This document shows positions 1-7,469 of a stretch of 14,250 bases of DNA, piece after piece. The notes below the pieces were generated by a model, which saw only the letters and a program-made list of their open reading frames with translations, had not been told where the DNA came from and ran no database searches. The stretch spans positions 1 through 14,250 of IMG/VR virus record IMGVR_UViG_3300015157_000014. The stretch is one strand, 5' to 3'. Numbering within the stretch: the first letter of the stretch is position 1; every line of letters begins with the position of its first letter. The translations under genes were made by a program, and so were the position numbers. The DNA is from a virus. Its lineage: Duplodnaviria > Heunggongvirae > Uroviricota > Caudoviricetes.

Positions 1-32
1 GATACGATCACATTGGCTGTAATGTCTGTCAT
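1..32 (-). CDS. Tailspike protein, N-terminal 10 codons only (5' partial gene; P22 gene 9 homolog)
   Basis: Reverse complement of 3..32 translates MTDITANVIV, matching the P22 tailspike N-terminus as I recall it (MTDITANVVV...). A GGAG-like sequence lies about 9 nt upstream. It sits downstream of ant, as in P22. The call rests on very few residues. Confidence 0.65.
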   Translation of the reverse strand, partial: MTDITANVIV

Positions 33-90
33 TTAATTTGCTCCAGATACAATGAATCGCCGCAGCGTGGCCACGGTGAATTTTGGGCAT

Positions 91-113
91 AAAAAAACCC
101 AGCCGAAGCTGGG
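91..113 (-). terminator. Rho-independent terminator downstream of ant
   Basis: On the minus strand, 6-bp GC-rich stem (cccagc/gctggg, 98..113) with a UUCG loop, immediately followed by a 7-U run (91..97). Lies 19 nt after the ant stop. Confidence 0.6.
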
Positions 114-132
114 TCGTTGCGTTGGTTATCTG

Positions 133-1023
133 TCAGTAGTTATGTACTGAAGGAGGTAATTCTTTATTCTTAAGTCTCATCCATGCGGAAAGATTCTTTG
201 GTCCGTCTGGCTCATTGATATCAACATCTCGTGTGTGATTGATTAAAACGTCTCTCGCCATTCCGATAACATACGAGAATTCATGACCGTAGTCGTAGCA
301 TCTGCCTGAATAGTTCGATTGAATTTGTTTTAGCGCCGGATACAGTTCGCGGAATAATGCCTGTGAACGGTTGGCATAATCCCATAACCATACAAGGCTG
401 TTTGCTTCTTTTGCAGAAAGCTCGTTGGTTTTCTTCTCTTGTTTGCCGATGAATTCACCTTCAAGCACTACCCTGTGGATGTACTCTACGGCCAGCGGGA
501 TTTGTTCAATTGAAAGTTCATCAATGCTGTCAATACCAAAACGCTGATGAACCATATTGTATGCATCGTCATAGCGAAGTCCTTTCTTTCCTACCAGCAT
601 GTTTACTGCATCTCGTAGCGGTGTGCGTTCAGCTACTGAAGTTTTACCTCCAATAGCCTTCCTCTCTTGTGTGGCAGTAACCATTGCGTCATATGCACGG
701 ATAACCTTCAGCGCAAAGGCTGCGCTAATCCACATGGCGTAGGAGTAAACAAGCTCCTTGCACACGTAGGTTCCACCATATCGACCTTTCTTAGAAAGGA
801 CGGGATTCTTATTCTGCATATCCGCAGAATTAAAAATTTCATTAATCAATTCAATAGTTTCATTTCTACGCATGAAGAAAGCTGGCTGATGTTTTTCCTC
901 CTTTCCAGACGCTACATGAAGGTCATTAAGCGAGTAACGCCCCTCTGAATCCATATGAATCTTGACGTCAGAAATGATGATGCTATTAGTGCAATTTACA
1001 GTTGACTTTGCTAAGCTTGACAT
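133..1023 (-). CDS. ant: Antirepressor Ant-like protein (296 aa)
   Basis: Long ORF downstream of arc in the same orientation, close in size to P22 Ant (about 300 aa by recollection). GAGG Shine-Dalgarno about 9 nt upstream of the ATG. The N-terminal region looks like a phage antirepressor DNA-binding domain, but I did not verify the domain. Confidence 0.7.
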   Translation of the reverse strand: MSSLAKSTVNCTNSIIISDVKIHMDSEGRYSLNDLHVASGKEEKHQPAFFMRRNETIELINEIFNSADMQNKNPVLSKKGRYGGTYVCKELVYSYAMWISAAFALKVIRAYDAMVTATQERKAIGGKTSVAERTPLRDAVNMLVGKKGLRYDDAYNMVHQRFGIDSIDELSIEQIPLAVEYIHRVVLEGEFIGKQEKKTNELSAKEANSLVWLWDYANRSQALFRELYPALKQIQSNYSGRCYDYGHEFSYVIGMARDVLINHTRDVDINEPDGPKNLSAWMRLKNKELPPSVHNY

Positions 1024-1055
1024 ATCAATAATACCTCGTAAGTTTTGTTGATACC

Positions 1056-1096
1056 GAAGCCCTGACTGTTACAGCAGTTGGGGCTTCAACGTTTTT
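1056..1096 (+). terminator. Plus-strand hairpin plus T-run; candidate terminator of a sar-like antisense RNA
   Basis: Extended stem 1056..1087 (gaagccc.../...gggcttc with inner actg/cagt pairing), then aacg and TTTTT (1092..1096) on the plus strand. The minus strand has no U-run after it, so it is orientation-specific. The T-run is 4 nt away from the stem, which weakens the call. Confidence 0.3.
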
Positions 1097-1355
1097 CCAC
1101 TTCATTTTGAATTTGCTTAAGTAGCATATTTGTCTCGTCAAGCCTCTTGTTAATACGGTCAAGGCTTTCTACTAAATCGTTATGTGCATGTGATACTTCG
1201 TAATTTGAGACTGATTTTTTTTCCTCTATCGTCTTTGTCAATCGTTCCCCTGATTGATACATATTGATTAACGATGTAAAAATCACGAGCAAGCAAACTA
1301 CAATGATTGCGCCAGACAAAAATTGTAAAGAACGATCAAGCAATGACACCTTCAT
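1086..1355 (-). CDS. Hypothetical small membrane protein (89 aa): one N-terminal transmembrane helix plus C-terminal coiled coil, inserted between arc and ant
   Basis: ATG overlaps the arc TGA stop (ATGA overlap at 1352..1355). GAGAGGGG Shine-Dalgarno-like sequence upstream within the arc 3' end. Hydrophobic stretch AIIVVCLLVIFTSLI followed by a heptad-like charged segment. Visibly AT-rich. Confidence 0.55.
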   Translation of the reverse strand: MKVSLLDRSLQFLSGAIIVVCLLVIFTSLINMYQSGERLTKTIEEKKSVSNYEVSHAHNDLVESLDRINKRLDETNMLLKQIQNEVEKR

Positions 1356-1510
1356 ACCGTAATCCCCTCTCTCTTCAGGCTGTCCATCACTCGCTTGTAA
1401 ATCTCAGAGTTAACAGATCGCCCGTTCTCTTCCGCCACCTTACGCACCAAATCCAATACTTCTTTAGGCCACCGCAAATTGAACTGCGGCATTTTGCTCA
1501 TTCCTTTCAT
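1352..1510 (-). CDS. arc: Arc repressor (ribbon-helix-helix), 52 aa
   Basis: Translation MKGMSKMPQFNLRWPKEVLDLVRKVAEENGRSVNSEIYKRVMDSLKREGITV is near-identical to P22 Arc as I recall it (MKGMSKMPQFNLRWPREVLDLVRKVAEENGRSVNSEIY...). GAGGTGA Shine-Dalgarno 4-5 nt upstream. The start is at the internal Met of the 73-aa track ORF. Confidence 0.9.
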   Translation of the reverse strand: MKGMSKMPQFNLRWPKEVLDLVRKVAEENGRSVNSEIYKRVMDSLKREGITV

Positions 1511-1524
1511 ATTCACCTCACAAT

Positions 1525-1545
1525 ATAGGTCCACCGTGGACCTAT
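1525..1545. promoter_or_regulatory. Mnt operator (O_mnt), perfect 21-bp palindrome
   Basis: ataggtccaccgtggacctat is a perfect inverted repeat about a central base. Its core aggtccac-c-gtggacct matches the P22 mnt operator as I recall it. It overlaps the predicted Pant transcription start. Confidence 0.85.
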
Positions 1546-1573
1546 TGAGAATATAGTAGAGTGCTTCTATCAT
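1545..1573 (+). promoter_or_regulatory. Pmnt promoter (drives mnt and probably the downstream cassette)
   Basis: Plus strand reads TTGAGA (1545..1550), a 17-nt spacer, then TATCAT (1568..1573). It overlaps Pant divergently and is covered by O_arc. GGGGTGA Shine-Dalgarno precedes the mnt ATG. Confidence 0.6.
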
Positions 1574-1578
1574 GTCAA
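1550..1578 (-). promoter_or_regulatory. Pant promoter (drives arc-orf89-ant)
   Basis: Minus strand reads TTGACA (1573..1578), a 17-nt spacer, then TATATT (1550..1555). Predicted start near 1542 falls inside O_mnt. Confidence 0.7.
1553..1573. promoter_or_regulatory. Arc operator (O_arc)
   Basis: atagtagagtgcttctatcat is the reverse complement of ATGATAGAAGCACTCTACTAT, the P22 arc operator as I recall it, with TAGA/TCTA half-sites. It sits between the -35 and -10 of Pant and over the Pmnt -10. Confidence 0.8.
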
Positions 1579-1600
1579 TACACTAACTTGGGGTGATGGC

Positions 1601-1849
1601 ATGGCTAGAGACGATCCGCACTTTAACTTCCGTATGCCTTTGGAAGTAAGAGAAAAATTGAAATTAAGAGCAGAGGCTAACGGAAGGTCAATGAACTCTG
1701 AGTTATTACAAATCGTTCAGGATGCTCTCTCAAAGCCATCACCGATTGCAGGCTATCGAGACGAAGCTGAACGCTTGGCTGATCAGCAAGCAGAAATTGT
1801 TAAGAAGATGGTGTTTGAAACCCTGAAAAAAATGTACGAGACCAGATAG
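1601..1849 (+). CDS. mnt: Mnt repressor (ribbon-helix-helix; maintenance of lysogeny, represses Pant), 82 aa
   Basis: Translation MARDDPHFNFRMPLEVREKLKLRAEANGRSMNSELLQIVQDALSKPSP... is near-identical to P22 Mnt as I recall it. Divergent from arc across the operator region. Confidence 0.9.
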   Translation: MARDDPHFNFRMPLEVREKLKLRAEANGRSMNSELLQIVQDALSKPSPIAGYRDEAERLADQQAEIVKKMVFETLKKMYETR

Positions 1850-1891
1850 GTCAATGTTTGTTCGTTGATATAAAATAACAAGGTATACATT

Positions 1892-2491
1892 GTGATTGAG
1901 ATAGGCGTTATGGCCATCCTGAATCAAGAGCCAGGAAAAATTGAAAACGTTTTTTCTGACATATCAACATCTATCGAGCGTTCAATTTCAGACTTTGATC
2001 GCAGTCATAGCGGCTCTTTGTCTAAAAAACAGGCTTCTGAAGCTCTTAGCAAGATCTACTGCGTTATGTCACCTGTAGAGGAAGTTTGCAAAAAGTACAT
2101 TACATTCATTGACATATTAAGTAATGGTACGGAAGAAGATATTTCCTCACTTGATATTCAACATGACGATGTAGATATGTTGAACGATCAAATATCTAAG
2201 CTTGATTATGGTATCGCGAAACTGTTGTATACCTTCTTCATCGCTGAGAACAGCGATGCGTGGAAGCCCCATATGTCAACTCTTACAACAATGAAAAACC
2301 ACTCAATAAATACTTTTATAGAATACAAAAGGCTAACTATGGGGCTTGTGACGCTAGCAATGCAGCACATACCACTATCATATGCTGAACCTGAAGAGTT
2401 CACTGAAGAAGAGTTGGCTTCATTCAAGAAATCAGTTGAAGATTCACATAAAAGATTTGGCATGGAAGCACCAAAATGGAAAACCGCATAA
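1892..2491 (+). CDS. Hypothetical protein (199 aa; 193 aa if the ATG at 1910 is used), acidic, no transmembrane segment; first gene of the accessory cassette
   Basis: Long ORF in visibly AT-rich DNA, directly downstream of mnt with no terminator seen in between. Its 3' end overlaps the next ORF by 16 nt. Start is ambiguous (GTG at 1892 or ATG at 1910). No recognisable motif. Confidence 0.55.
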   Translation: MIEIGVMAILNQEPGKIENVFSDISTSIERSISDFDRSHSGSLSKKQASEALSKIYCVMSPVEEVCKKYITFIDILSNGTEEDISSLDIQHDDVDMLNDQISKLDYGIAKLLYTFFIAENSDAWKPHMSTLTTMKNHSINTFIEYKRLTMGLVTLAMQHIPLSYAEPEEFTEEELASFKKSVEDSHKRFGMEAPKWKTA

Positions 2492-2895
2492 GCATTGTTG
2501 TAGATGCAGCGGCTGGACCATTAGAACAATACTTTGCGAAGGCTCTTGCAAACTACAAAAACAGAGGCACCGTTTCAGCTTATCTTGGTAAGATTGGTGG
2601 GTTTGAGAGAAACCATCACGCCGTCTTATCGGGAATTTACAAGTCGCACATCAGGATCCCTGGAGTAGATGATCCTTGGTTAAAAACAACGCCAATACAT
2701 CGTAGAGTTAGCGATAACTTTTTGATATTTGCGGTACACAACACATATCCAATTCATATCCAGATCATTGCTATCATTAAACCTGATGGTCATGAGAAGG
2801 TAAAAAAACTATTGCCAGCCATCATTGATATAACTGAAAAAAGATTCCAATCTCTAAATGAGAGGGAGCTTAACTCGTTGATTTCATACAAATAA
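2476..2895 (+). CDS. Hypothetical basic protein (139 aa) with a possible RelE/YafQ-like toxin-fold signature
   Basis: ATG preceded by GGAAG about 7 nt upstream; overlaps the 199-aa ORF by 16 nt. The segment GIYKSH...DDPW...HRR...FLIFAVH...IQIIAIIKPDGHE loosely resembles the YafQ/RelE C-terminal pattern (YKDH...PDWILIY...LLRFERTGTH). This rests on weak motif similarity only. Confidence 0.55.
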   Translation: MENRISIVVDAAAGPLEQYFAKALANYKNRGTVSAYLGKIGGFERNHHAVLSGIYKSHIRIPGVDDPWLKTTPIHRRVSDNFLIFAVHNTYPIHIQIIAIIKPDGHEKVKKLLPAIIDITEKRFQSLNERELNSLISYK

Positions 2896-2917
2896 AATAT
2901 CAACTAAGGGGGTTAGT

Positions 2918-3247
2918 GTGCTTGAATGGTTTCTGTTGGCTGCATTAGTCGTTTCTGGTTTGGTGTATGAGTATCGAATGCACTCTCTAACAAAAAAAAT
3001 AGGAATTCTAGAAAACGAATATTGTGCTCTCAAATCCTCACTGGAACGTGATCAAGGAGACTTAAAAATCTCTCTGTCTAGCATTGAGCGTTCTATAGAG
3101 AGCCTAGAGGATAAGGTTGATCGTATAAAGAATGAGGATATTCATGATATTAAGGACGACATATCCTTCTTAAAATCTTGGTTGAAAAATGTTGGGAAAA
3201 TTGCCACATCAACACGAGATAAGCTCAATCCATCCATGGATGACTAA
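2918..3247 (+). CDS. Hypothetical small membrane protein (109 aa): N-terminal transmembrane helix plus coiled coil
   Basis: GTG start with strong AAGGGGG Shine-Dalgarno 5 nt upstream. Hydrophobic N-terminus WFLLAALVVSGLV, then a heptad-like charged region. Its stop abuts the gp16 stop on the opposite strand (TAATTA). Confidence 0.55.
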   Translation: MLEWFLLAALVVSGLVYEYRMHSLTKKIGILENEYCALKSSLERDQGDLKISLSSIERSIESLEDKVDRIKNEDIHDIKDDISFLKSWLKNVGKIATSTRDKLNPSMDD

Positions 3248-5416
3248 TTACTCCTGTGCCATTCCGCTTAGCGATGCCACAATTCCAGCCCTTGCTAAAC
3301 GCTGGAACTCTTCGTTTCCTAGTGCCTCGCGTATTGCTTTTACGGCGGCCTTATTTGCCATAAATCTGCGTTCCGCCGCCGCTAATGCACCATCACTTGC
3401 CCCAACCTTAACTGCCTTTGTTGCCTCTTGAACAGCCTTTTCAATAGCGTAACGACCGCTTCTAGTTGCGGATAATTTCGCTATCGCTCCTTTTGCCATT
3501 GCATCAATTGCTCCACCTGCAGCGCCACCCGCTATTGCTCCAATAACGCCTCCTCCAGAGAACCCTGCGATAGTGCCAGTAGTTCTAAAAGCGCCAGACA
3601 ATGCGCTCTCTAAAACTGGATGAAGGCCATTCTCAAGAGTGCTAATGGCTGGCATAGATCGCCCTGTCTGTTCAACATATCGAAGTGGCTTTGTTGCTGC
3701 TCTTGCAAGTTCTCCGTATGAACTTGTAATCCTGCCAAGTTCTGGAGAATATCGACTAATTGCCTTCACGTTTTGTGGGGTAAGAATAGTCGCGATATGC
3801 TTAATTCCAGCCTCTTCAGACTTACCTCCGCGTACCCCTTGCGACATTGCATCTTGTAATATTGATGCAATTGCTGGCGCGCGTTCCGACTCAGGTAGGG
3901 CGCTTATTATTTTATGGAACTGACCTGTTCCACTTTTTGCTGAGCCCTGTAACGCCTTAGAGCCATTATTTACCAACTGATCAGTTGCAAGGTCTCTGCC
4001 AAACGCTGCTTCAGCCTGTTCTTGTGCTGTAAATCTTGCCTTTGACAGGTCATTAGCTTTTTGCCAGTCATCAAGAAAACCGCCATTTTGAGCCATTATG
4101 CGCATATCTTCCGTTGCTGCATCACGAAGCTCAGCCATGCGCCTTGCCGTATTTGCCTCACCAGACCTTATATACTTCTGCTCTGCGTCAGCAAGTTTAC
4201 TTCGCCATGCCTTCATGGCATCAAACGTGATTCCTTTTTTACCAGTTTTAGCATAAGCAGATGCGAATTGTTTCATCTCAGGAGTTAGCGGCATGCCAGC
4301 CAAAATATCACCCTGAATTGTAGCGTTCAGGTTTGACATTCTGGCCTTTGCGTCAGGCATCGTGGAGCGGACGCTATCCCATGCGGCCTTTTCTGAATTT
4401 TTCATTTTATCAATGCTTGCCAAAACCCTCTGTTTTATGGCTGCACTTTTTTCTGATGCAGTTCCTGCTTCAGCCCCAAACTCATCCAATGCTGAGTTAA
4501 ATTTCGACTCTATTTCACTGAATGCTTTGGTGTGTGCATCCTGTGTAATTCCGGGCTTTGACGCCAGAATCCCCTCCGCCTGAGCAAGACCACGACTACC
4601 TGATCTCATGCCAGGAGTTAATGCGTTGATATCTATTCCAGCAGTATCTGCTGCTTTTGCTATTTCGTCTGACACATTAGCTGACTGTCTGGCAATAATC
4701 TCTCTTCCTGTACCAGACTTTGCCATTTTCGAAACATCAGCAGCGGAATTTATTGCCCCGCCACCAAGAACTTGAGGTGATTTAGAGGTTAAGATCCTTC
4801 CAGCCCCAGAAAGTATCCCCTGAGCACCAATATTGATACCACCGTTAATGGCAGCATTTTGTGCAAAGTCGCCCTCCTGATTTGCAGCATCAGCAAGAGA
4901 ACCTGCAATCATGTTTCCTGCGGAACCGATATCTCCAGCGAGCTTTGCTGGCGCTCCAGCAGCTTTTGCCGCTGTGCCAATTGGCAGGAGATACCCACCA
5001 ATTGTTTCACCGGCTTGCGCATAAGGGTCTGTCGGTCGATCGACTGGACGATAGACATCATCCAAAACCTTTGGGCCACCAAGCCCCTGGCTGATTGCAT
5101 TAATCAGACTTGCGCCACCCTGCAATACGTCAAATGGTATGTTTACCAGACCACGACCAGCCTGTTCTGCAATTTGCCCTGCACTTTGACCACCTGTGAG
5201 CCAATCACCAGCTTGTTGCATCAATGATGGTTCTTCTTTCTGCTGCTGAGGTGGAGGGTATGCTGCATAAAACTGATCTCTTGCTTCAGCCCATTTGTCA
5301 CCAGCCTTAGGGGCAACAACCTCATCAAAATATTGCGCTTGAGCCTGTGCTTTCTGTTCTTCAGTTAACGCCTGATACTGTGGAGAAGCGATAACATCTT
5401 TCCATGCTTTAGCCAT
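3248..5416 (-). CDS. Ejection (internal virion) protein, gp16-like, 722 aa
   Basis: Last gene of the minus-strand late operon, at the position of P22 gene 16. Ala/Gly/Gln-rich composition typical of podovirus ejection proteins. Start overlaps the gp20 stop (TAATG). Confidence 0.8.
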   Translation of the reverse strand: MAKAWKDVIASPQYQALTEEQKAQAQAQYFDEVVAPKAGDKWAEARDQFYAAYPPPQQQKEEPSLMQQAGDWLTGGQSAGQIAEQAGRGLVNIPFDVLQGGASLINAISQGLGGPKVLDDVYRPVDRPTDPYAQAGETIGGYLLPIGTAAKAAGAPAKLAGDIGSAGNMIAGSLADAANQEGDFAQNAAINGGINIGAQGILSGAGRILTSKSPQVLGGGAINSAADVSKMAKSGTGREIIARQSANVSDEIAKAADTAGIDINALTPGMRSGSRGLAQAEGILASKPGITQDAHTKAFSEIESKFNSALDEFGAEAGTASEKSAAIKQRVLASIDKMKNSEKAAWDSVRSTMPDAKARMSNLNATIQGDILAGMPLTPEMKQFASAYAKTGKKGITFDAMKAWRSKLADAEQKYIRSGEANTARRMAELRDAATEDMRIMAQNGGFLDDWQKANDLSKARFTAQEQAEAAFGRDLATDQLVNNGSKALQGSAKSGTGQFHKIISALPESERAPAIASILQDAMSQGVRGGKSEEAGIKHIATILTPQNVKAISRYSPELGRITSSYGELARAATKPLRYVEQTGRSMPAISTLENGLHPVLESALSGAFRTTGTIAGFSGGGVIGAIAGGAAGGAIDAMAKGAIAKLSATRSGRYAIEKAVQEATKAVKVGASDGALAAAERRFMANKAAVKAIREALGNEEFQRLARAGIVASLSGMAQE

Positions 5417-6765
5417 TAATCACCCCATAAAGACGAGAAACCGGACTTATTGCTGTCGCTTCCTGATTTTCGCTCACTAACATATGTGTCATAACCTGAT
5501 GAACTATATCCCATTGATTCAGCCTCCCTTGCTGCAACCTTTTGAAATACAGAATATTGCGATCGGATTTCAGATAACTGTTTTCTGACGACCTCTTCAG
5601 GCTGTGTTATATCGAGTTTCGCGATAAGGTTTTCCAGTTTTTGTCCTTCAGCATTGGAGAGGCTACCCATACCTCGCATAGTCTGCACGTTCTGGACAAA
5701 CGCACCCGACTTTAATTCTTCTATCGCATTACGGTTTGCAAGCCCTTCAGCACTTGTGAAGCCATCTATATTTCTTCCTTCGAAGCGACCGATACCTTCA
5801 AGCTCCTTCTTACCAAGCAAAGAATCTATTTTCTCTATCCCTCGCTCACCAGTAATCAACGCATTGTTGTAATTATTGTTGCCATCAAGCCATCTCTTAG
5901 CCTGAGACATTCTGGCTGACGTTGCAGCTTTACCGGTTAGCGGATCAATTCCCGTCGCTGCTATCTGTGAGTTAAGAGACAAAACATCCATATCCTGAAG
6001 TTGTCCTGCTCTTTCAAGGGCCGCCTGTGACTGCTTAAACACATACTTGTCGTGATTCAGTCTTGCCATTTGAGCCTTATAGGAAAGATCCTGCCCCCTA
6101 ATAGCCCTCGCATTCGTCATGTCATTATTGCGAATGGTTTCGTTAATTCTTTGCTGCTCCTGCTGGCGACCAACCATCTTATCCTGAACAGCAAACGCCT
6201 TTTCTGGCCCAAGTGCACCGAGAGACATAGTAGTCAGCATGTGTGATAGCTGCTCTGGATTCTGAATACCTGTCTGAATCATCCAGTCAGCATTCGCCCC
6301 CACGCGATTTAACCTGTCCTTGTTATCAGTAATGAATTTACTGTAGGCTTCCGGTCCCTGAGAAAGAGCGACGTTAGCCCTCATGGCTAAATCGCCCATA
6401 TCGTTGCGTTGCTGCTCATTAAGACCGGAAAATGCCTGTTGTGCCTGTGCAACAAACGCTGGATTTTCCTGGGCAAACTTAAATAGTCCCGATGGATCAC
6501 CAGAAGCCCATGCATCAGCGTGAACCTTATTGAACGCATTAATCGCTTTCTGTTGCTGTTCCTGCTTATAAATATCAGCAACTCCAGCCAGACCACGTAA
6601 CGCGGTCAGACCAACGTTATTTGCACCTGAGCGAGCCAATTCATTGTTTTCGCGGATCAGACCAAGCGTTGCGTTAATGTCGCTTGCCTTTGGCGCATTC
6701 TCGTTTTGCGCACCAATGCCAGCCAGAAAACCACCAGAATTAATACCCTGTTGCCACGTAGCCAT
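5416..6765 (-). CDS. Ejection protein, gp20-like, 449 aa
   Basis: Position and size fit P22 gp20 (about 471 aa by recollection). Translationally coupled to gp16. Confidence 0.8.
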   Translation of the reverse strand: MATWQQGINSGGFLAGIGAQNENAPKASDINATLGLIRENNELARSGANNVGLTALRGLAGVADIYKQEQQQKAINAFNKVHADAWASGDPSGLFKFAQENPAFVAQAQQAFSGLNEQQRNDMGDLAMRANVALSQGPEAYSKFITDNKDRLNRVGANADWMIQTGIQNPEQLSHMLTTMSLGALGPEKAFAVQDKMVGRQQEQQRINETIRNNDMTNARAIRGQDLSYKAQMARLNHDKYVFKQSQAALERAGQLQDMDVLSLNSQIAATGIDPLTGKAATSARMSQAKRWLDGNNNYNNALITGERGIEKIDSLLGKKELEGIGRFEGRNIDGFTSAEGLANRNAIEELKSGAFVQNVQTMRGMGSLSNAEGQKLENLIAKLDITQPEEVVRKQLSEIRSQYSVFQKVAAREAESMGYSSSGYDTYVSERKSGSDSNKSGFSSLWGD

Positions 6766-6774
6766 GATTACCCC

Positions 6775-7467
6775 TTAAAACAACGAGCCAAGCAGACCAA
6801 GACCGCCGCCGATCGCAGCCCCCCACGGAGTTGATAGCTCGAGAGCACTGGCTATGCCACCACCCAAAAGCGCACCGGATGCAGCACCACTAACCCCCTG
6901 CTGCAATGCTGACGGTCGGTTGGCGTTTGCCGCAGCCAGCGCCGCGCTTTGCTGCGAAATCTGACTCATGTTGTTGGCATATGTCTGCCCGGCGTTCGCC
7001 TGACCTTGCAGTGCGCCAAGACCAATGTTTGCCAGATTCTGGTAGTTGTTCATCTGACCAGACAGCCACTGCTGACCAAGCGTTGGTGCGATTGTTGCTA
7101 ACTGATTACTGGTTGCGGTGGAACCCAATCCACCTGTTGCTTCCGCTGCAGCCAGACTCTGATAGCGAGCCTGACCTGCAAGGTCTTTATACTGCTGAGA
7201 GTTGTAATACTGGTTAAGCGCCTGACCTTGCCCTTCCAGAGACGATAAGTTCTCGAGGCTGCCGACATACTTATCAGCCAGAGGAGTAAACGGCTTCAGG
7301 TTGTTCATGATGGTGTTGAACTGCTGATTTTGCAGGTCTGCAGCATACTTCTGGGCTTCTGCTGCATACTTTGCGCTTTTATCAGAACTGCCACCTTTCC
7401 CGCCTTTTTCAGGGCAATAAGGTTCCTCGCCGCGCAGTTTTCTGCCCAGCTTAAATGCATATAACAT
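6775..7467 (-). CDS. Ejection protein, gp7-like, 230 aa, Gly-rich C-terminus
   Basis: Position and size fit P22 gp7 (about 229 aa by recollection). Gly/Ala-rich hydrophobic C-terminal tail. Confidence 0.75.
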   Translation of the reverse strand: MLYAFKLGRKLRGEEPYCPEKGGKGGSSDKSAKYAAEAQKYAADLQNQQFNTIMNNLKPFTPLADKYVGSLENLSSLEGQGQALNQYYNSQQYKDLAGQARYQSLAAAEATGGLGSTATSNQLATIAPTLGQQWLSGQMNNYQNLANIGLGALQGQANAGQTYANNMSQISQQSAALAAANANRPSALQQGVSGAASGALLGGGIASALELSTPWGAAIGGGLGLLGSLF

Positions 7468-7469
7468 GG

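Noticed and set aside
1307-1528. 73-aa plus-strand ORF overlapping arc and the operator region
   Set aside because: It lies antisense to the well-supported arc gene and spans the promoter/operator DNA. It has no Shine-Dalgarno and is most simply a shadow ORF.
1511-1573. N-terminal extension of the arc ORF to the Met at 1573 (73-aa version)
   Set aside because: The extension would start inside the Arc operator and Pant promoter. The internal Met (ATG at 1508..1510) gives the canonical Arc N-terminus MKGMSKMPQ with a good Shine-Dalgarno.
1850-1891. Possible independent promoter for the cassette in the mnt-orf199 spacer (TTGATA and TATAAA-like hexamers)
   Set aside because: I could not find a -35/-10 pair with acceptable 16-18 nt spacing upstream of either candidate start. 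Co-transcription from Pmnt is the simpler reading, though an AT-rich promoter cannot be excluded.
1739-1927. 62-aa minus-strand ORF overlapping the 3' end of mnt
   Set aside because: Antisense to the conserved mnt coding sequence, with no ribosome-binding site; a shadow ORF.
2206-2591. Overlapping ORFs 2206..2463 (minus) and 2382..2591 (plus, alternative frame) inside the accessory cassette
   Set aside because: Both are fully contained within the longer, contiguous plus-strand ORFs that tile the region with coupled starts. Nothing independent supports them.
3189-5227. Several plus-strand ORFs (3189..3431, 3639..3923, 4061..4288, 4362..4583, 4859..5227, 4861..5094) and the minus-strand ORF 4909..5100 inside gp16
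   Set aside because: All lie within, antisense to or out of frame with the 722-aa gp16 gene. Open antisense frames are typical of GC-biased coding regions, so these are likely spurious.
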